DNA of 64,000 bases from NCBI GenBank assembly GCA_016840085.1, contig JAEOTA010000058.1, forward strand, positions 1 through 64,000. Reading direction: 5' to 3'. The notes beneath the pieces were generated by a model. It saw only the letters and a program-made list of their open reading frames with translations. It ran no database searches and was not told the DNA's origin. Positions 61,924 through 64,000 of this stretch are shown one piece after another. This DNA is from Promethearchaeota archaeon. GTDB lineage: Archaea; Asgardarchaeota; Lokiarchaeia; Sigyniarchaeales; SOKP01. A program made the position numbers and the translations under genes. Position 1 is the first letter of the stretch; each line of letters begins with the position of its first letter.

Positions 61924-63309
61924 TTGTCTAAATTAGAAACTGATACTTATTCTTTTAGGGAAAATAACGAAATAGATGTAGAAAGGTTTGTTGGAATTCA
62001 AACTTTTGCTACACATCATATGGGAGTTATAGGTGGAGAATATAAAAAAGAATTTAAAGATTTTATTGTTAGGGAAATTGATAAAAATGGAAAAATCCTT
62101 GATATAAAAGAAGATTCTAGTGCTCACTCGTTTTCTAAAGAATTAAAAGATCGATATACCACGTTTAATTTGATAAAAATAAATAAAGATACATTTGAAG
62201 CAATAAGAAAAATTAGAAAAGTATTACAAATTCCTTATAATCTTATTAAATATTCTGGATTAAAAGATAAATTTTCAATTTCAGTTCAAAAGATTTCTAT
62301 AAAAGGAGACTATATCGAAAAATTAAGGAATTTAAAAATTAAGAACATTTTTATTAGAAATATTATTCCATCTAAAAAACCTGTTAAATTGGGAAGTCAT
62401 TGGGGTAATAATTTTACAATAGTGCTAAGAAACATCAAAGATGATAAAAATTTAAGAAATAAAATAGAAGAATATATAAAATTTTTAAATAATTTTGGAT
62501 TCCCTAACTATTTTGGGCTTCAAAGATTCGGAAAATATAGACCTAATTCACATATAGTTGGTCGTTGTCTTTTAGAGGGTAATTTTAAGAAAGCATTTGA
62601 AGAATTTGTATCAACAACATATTCAACTGAGTCTATGGAATCAAAATTGGCAAGGAGAGAGTTTCGAAAAACTGGAAACCTTGAAAAGGCTTACAAAGAA
62701 TTTCCAAATAGATTGAATTACGAAAAAAATATAATTCATCATTTGATTGAAAATCCAGAAGATTATGAAGGTAGTATTAATACACTACCCTCTGATTTGA
62801 AGAAATTATTAATTAGTTCTTTTCAATCATATTTATTTAACAAAATGCTTTCAAAAAGAGTTGAAAAAGGTTTTTCTTTATTTAAACCTATGAAAGGTGA
62901 TGTTATTAGCATATTAGATGACTATAATGGAAATTTAACACAAGTAAAATACATTTATGGGAATTCTTATGATAGTTATCTAAAGAAAGCATTAAACTTA
63001 AATCGAGCTACTATAGTATTTCCTATCATTGGTACTAATACAAATTTAGATGAATTTCCATCTGTAAAATTATTATTCGAAGAAATCATAAAAGAAGAAG
63101 GGATTGATAAACACATTTTGACTAATAAATTAGTAAATGGGCAAGAATTTAAAGGTTCTATTAGAGCAATAATAGTAAAACCAACAGCACTAAAAGTTTT
63201 AGAATTAGCTGATGATGATCTTAACTTAGGAAAAAAAAAAATCAAATTTGAATTTTCTCTTCAGAAAGGTACTTATGCAACAATGTTGATTAGAGAGATT
63301 ATCAAATAA
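61924..63309 (+). CDS. truD: tRNA pseudouridine(13) synthase TruD/Pus7
   Basis: 'DFIVRE', 'GLKDK', 'GNNFTI.LR', 'FPNYFGLQRFG', 'QSYLFN', 'F.L.KG.YAT'. Confidence 0.96.
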   Translation: MSKLETDTYSFRENNEIDVERFVGIQTFATHHMGVIGGEYKKEFKDFIVREIDKNGKILDIKEDSSAHSFSKELKDRYTTFNLIKINKDTFEAIRKIRKVLQIPYNLIKYSGLKDKFSISVQKISIKGDYIEKLRNLKIKNIFIRNIIPSKKPVKLGSHWGNNFTIVLRNIKDDKNLRNKIEEYIKFLNNFGFPNYFGLQRFGKYRPNSHIVGRCLLEGNFKKAFEEFVSTTYSTESMESKLARREFRKTGNLEKAYKEFPNRLNYEKNIIHHLIENPEDYEGSINTLPSDLKKLLISSFQSYLFNKMLSKRVEKGFSLFKPMKGDVISILDDYNGNLTQVKYIYGNSYDSYLKKALNLNRATIVFPIIGTNTNLDEFPSVKLLFEEIIKEEGIDKHILTNKLVNGQEFKGSIRAIIVKPTALKVLELADDDLNLGKKKIKFEFSLQKGTYATMLIREIIK

Positions 63310-63973
63310 CATTAATAATATATGACTTTACAGTTTCAATTCCAAAAATATCAATTGTTTTCACTGAAATAATATAAGTACCGGATTCATTGTAATGATA
63401 TAAGTCCGATTTTAAAGAAAGCGTCCTACTTTTGGGAGTTCTATAAGAAAACCACAAGTTTCTAAAAGAGTCATTTTGAGCATCAAAATCAATTGCCCAA
63501 TAATCAATCCAATCGGAAAATGATTTTATATTTTCTTTAACTTTTTCTGAAATCACGTTTTTAAAAGGTATTAAGTAATTAAGTAATTCTATAGAAATGT
63601 TATTATTGTTTTTATGAATTTTTACTTCAAAATCAGGACTTTCCTTAATTTGAAATTTATTTTTATTTTGAATATTTTCATGTAAAAACACATTTGGGAT
63701 TGAAGTTTTTTTATCATTGTTTTCAAAACATAGGATTTTGAAGGAATGAGAATCTTTATTGTATATATTTTTCCAATTTATCATATCATTACTATTCTTT
63801 ATGCTGAGAATTCTTTTTTTAGACATATTTATCGCATGTCCGTTTGAGTCGCATCCAATCCAGTGTCTTCCTAACTTTTCTGCTACAGCTAATGTAGTAC
63901 CTGAACCGCAAAAGAAATCTGCTACAATATCTTTTTCATGTGTAGAAGCTAATATTATTCTTTTCAAAAGACG
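63302..63973 (-). pseudogene. Amino-DNA methyltransferase (type III Mod/N6-N4 class), C-terminal part only
   Basis: 'RLLKRII.AS..E.D.VADFFCGSGTT..VAEKLGR.WIG.D' and 'DWIDYWAIDF'; in-frame TAA at 63974-63976 where 'TQKPE' is expected. Confidence 0.7.
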
Positions 63974-64000
63974 TTATAGCAATGCTTAATGAAAAATTAG

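Noticed and set aside
1808-63989. Remaining short ORFs overlapping assigned genes (e.g. 1808..2170, 5727..5999, 18943..19251, 27330..27578, 57870..58118)
   Set aside because: Antisense or alternative-frame overlaps of well-supported genes, with no recognisable motifs.

Overview
AT-rich (roughly 30% GC by eye) archaeal chromosomal window, very probably from an Asgard archaeon of the Lokiarchaeia type. It encodes a Loki-type profilin, three Rab-like small GTPases, a V4R/Bet3-fold protein, about five longin/uDENN-like proteins, eL38, eL40, TBP, Cdc48, a thermosome subunit, PSTK (selenocysteine pathway), a cytoplasmic reductive dehalogenase and four 'IPGY' (Loki-CTERM-type) anchored beta-helix surface proteins. 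Housekeeping blocks lie at about 5-20 kb and 57-63 kb. Plastic regions lie at about 2.8-4.0 kb (truncated M24 peptidase, unannotated 59-aa RHH-like ORF, palindromic boxes), about 39.2-57 kb (tandem beta-helix genes with shuffled repeat arrays, att-like direct repeat, truncated AAC(3), a GC-rich foreign gene between direct repeats) and the right edge (disrupted DNA methyltransferase). Best candidates for undescribed systems: (1) a constant-cap/variable-repeat/stalk/anchor surface protein family with a shared 34-bp promoter-operator, analogous in architecture to a variable receptor; (2) a Rab-thioredoxin-V4R-Rab operon; (3) a repeat-bracketed foreign gene cassette. No tRNA, rRNA, CRISPR array, integrase or transposase was recognised. 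All family calls come from motif recognition, not database searches.
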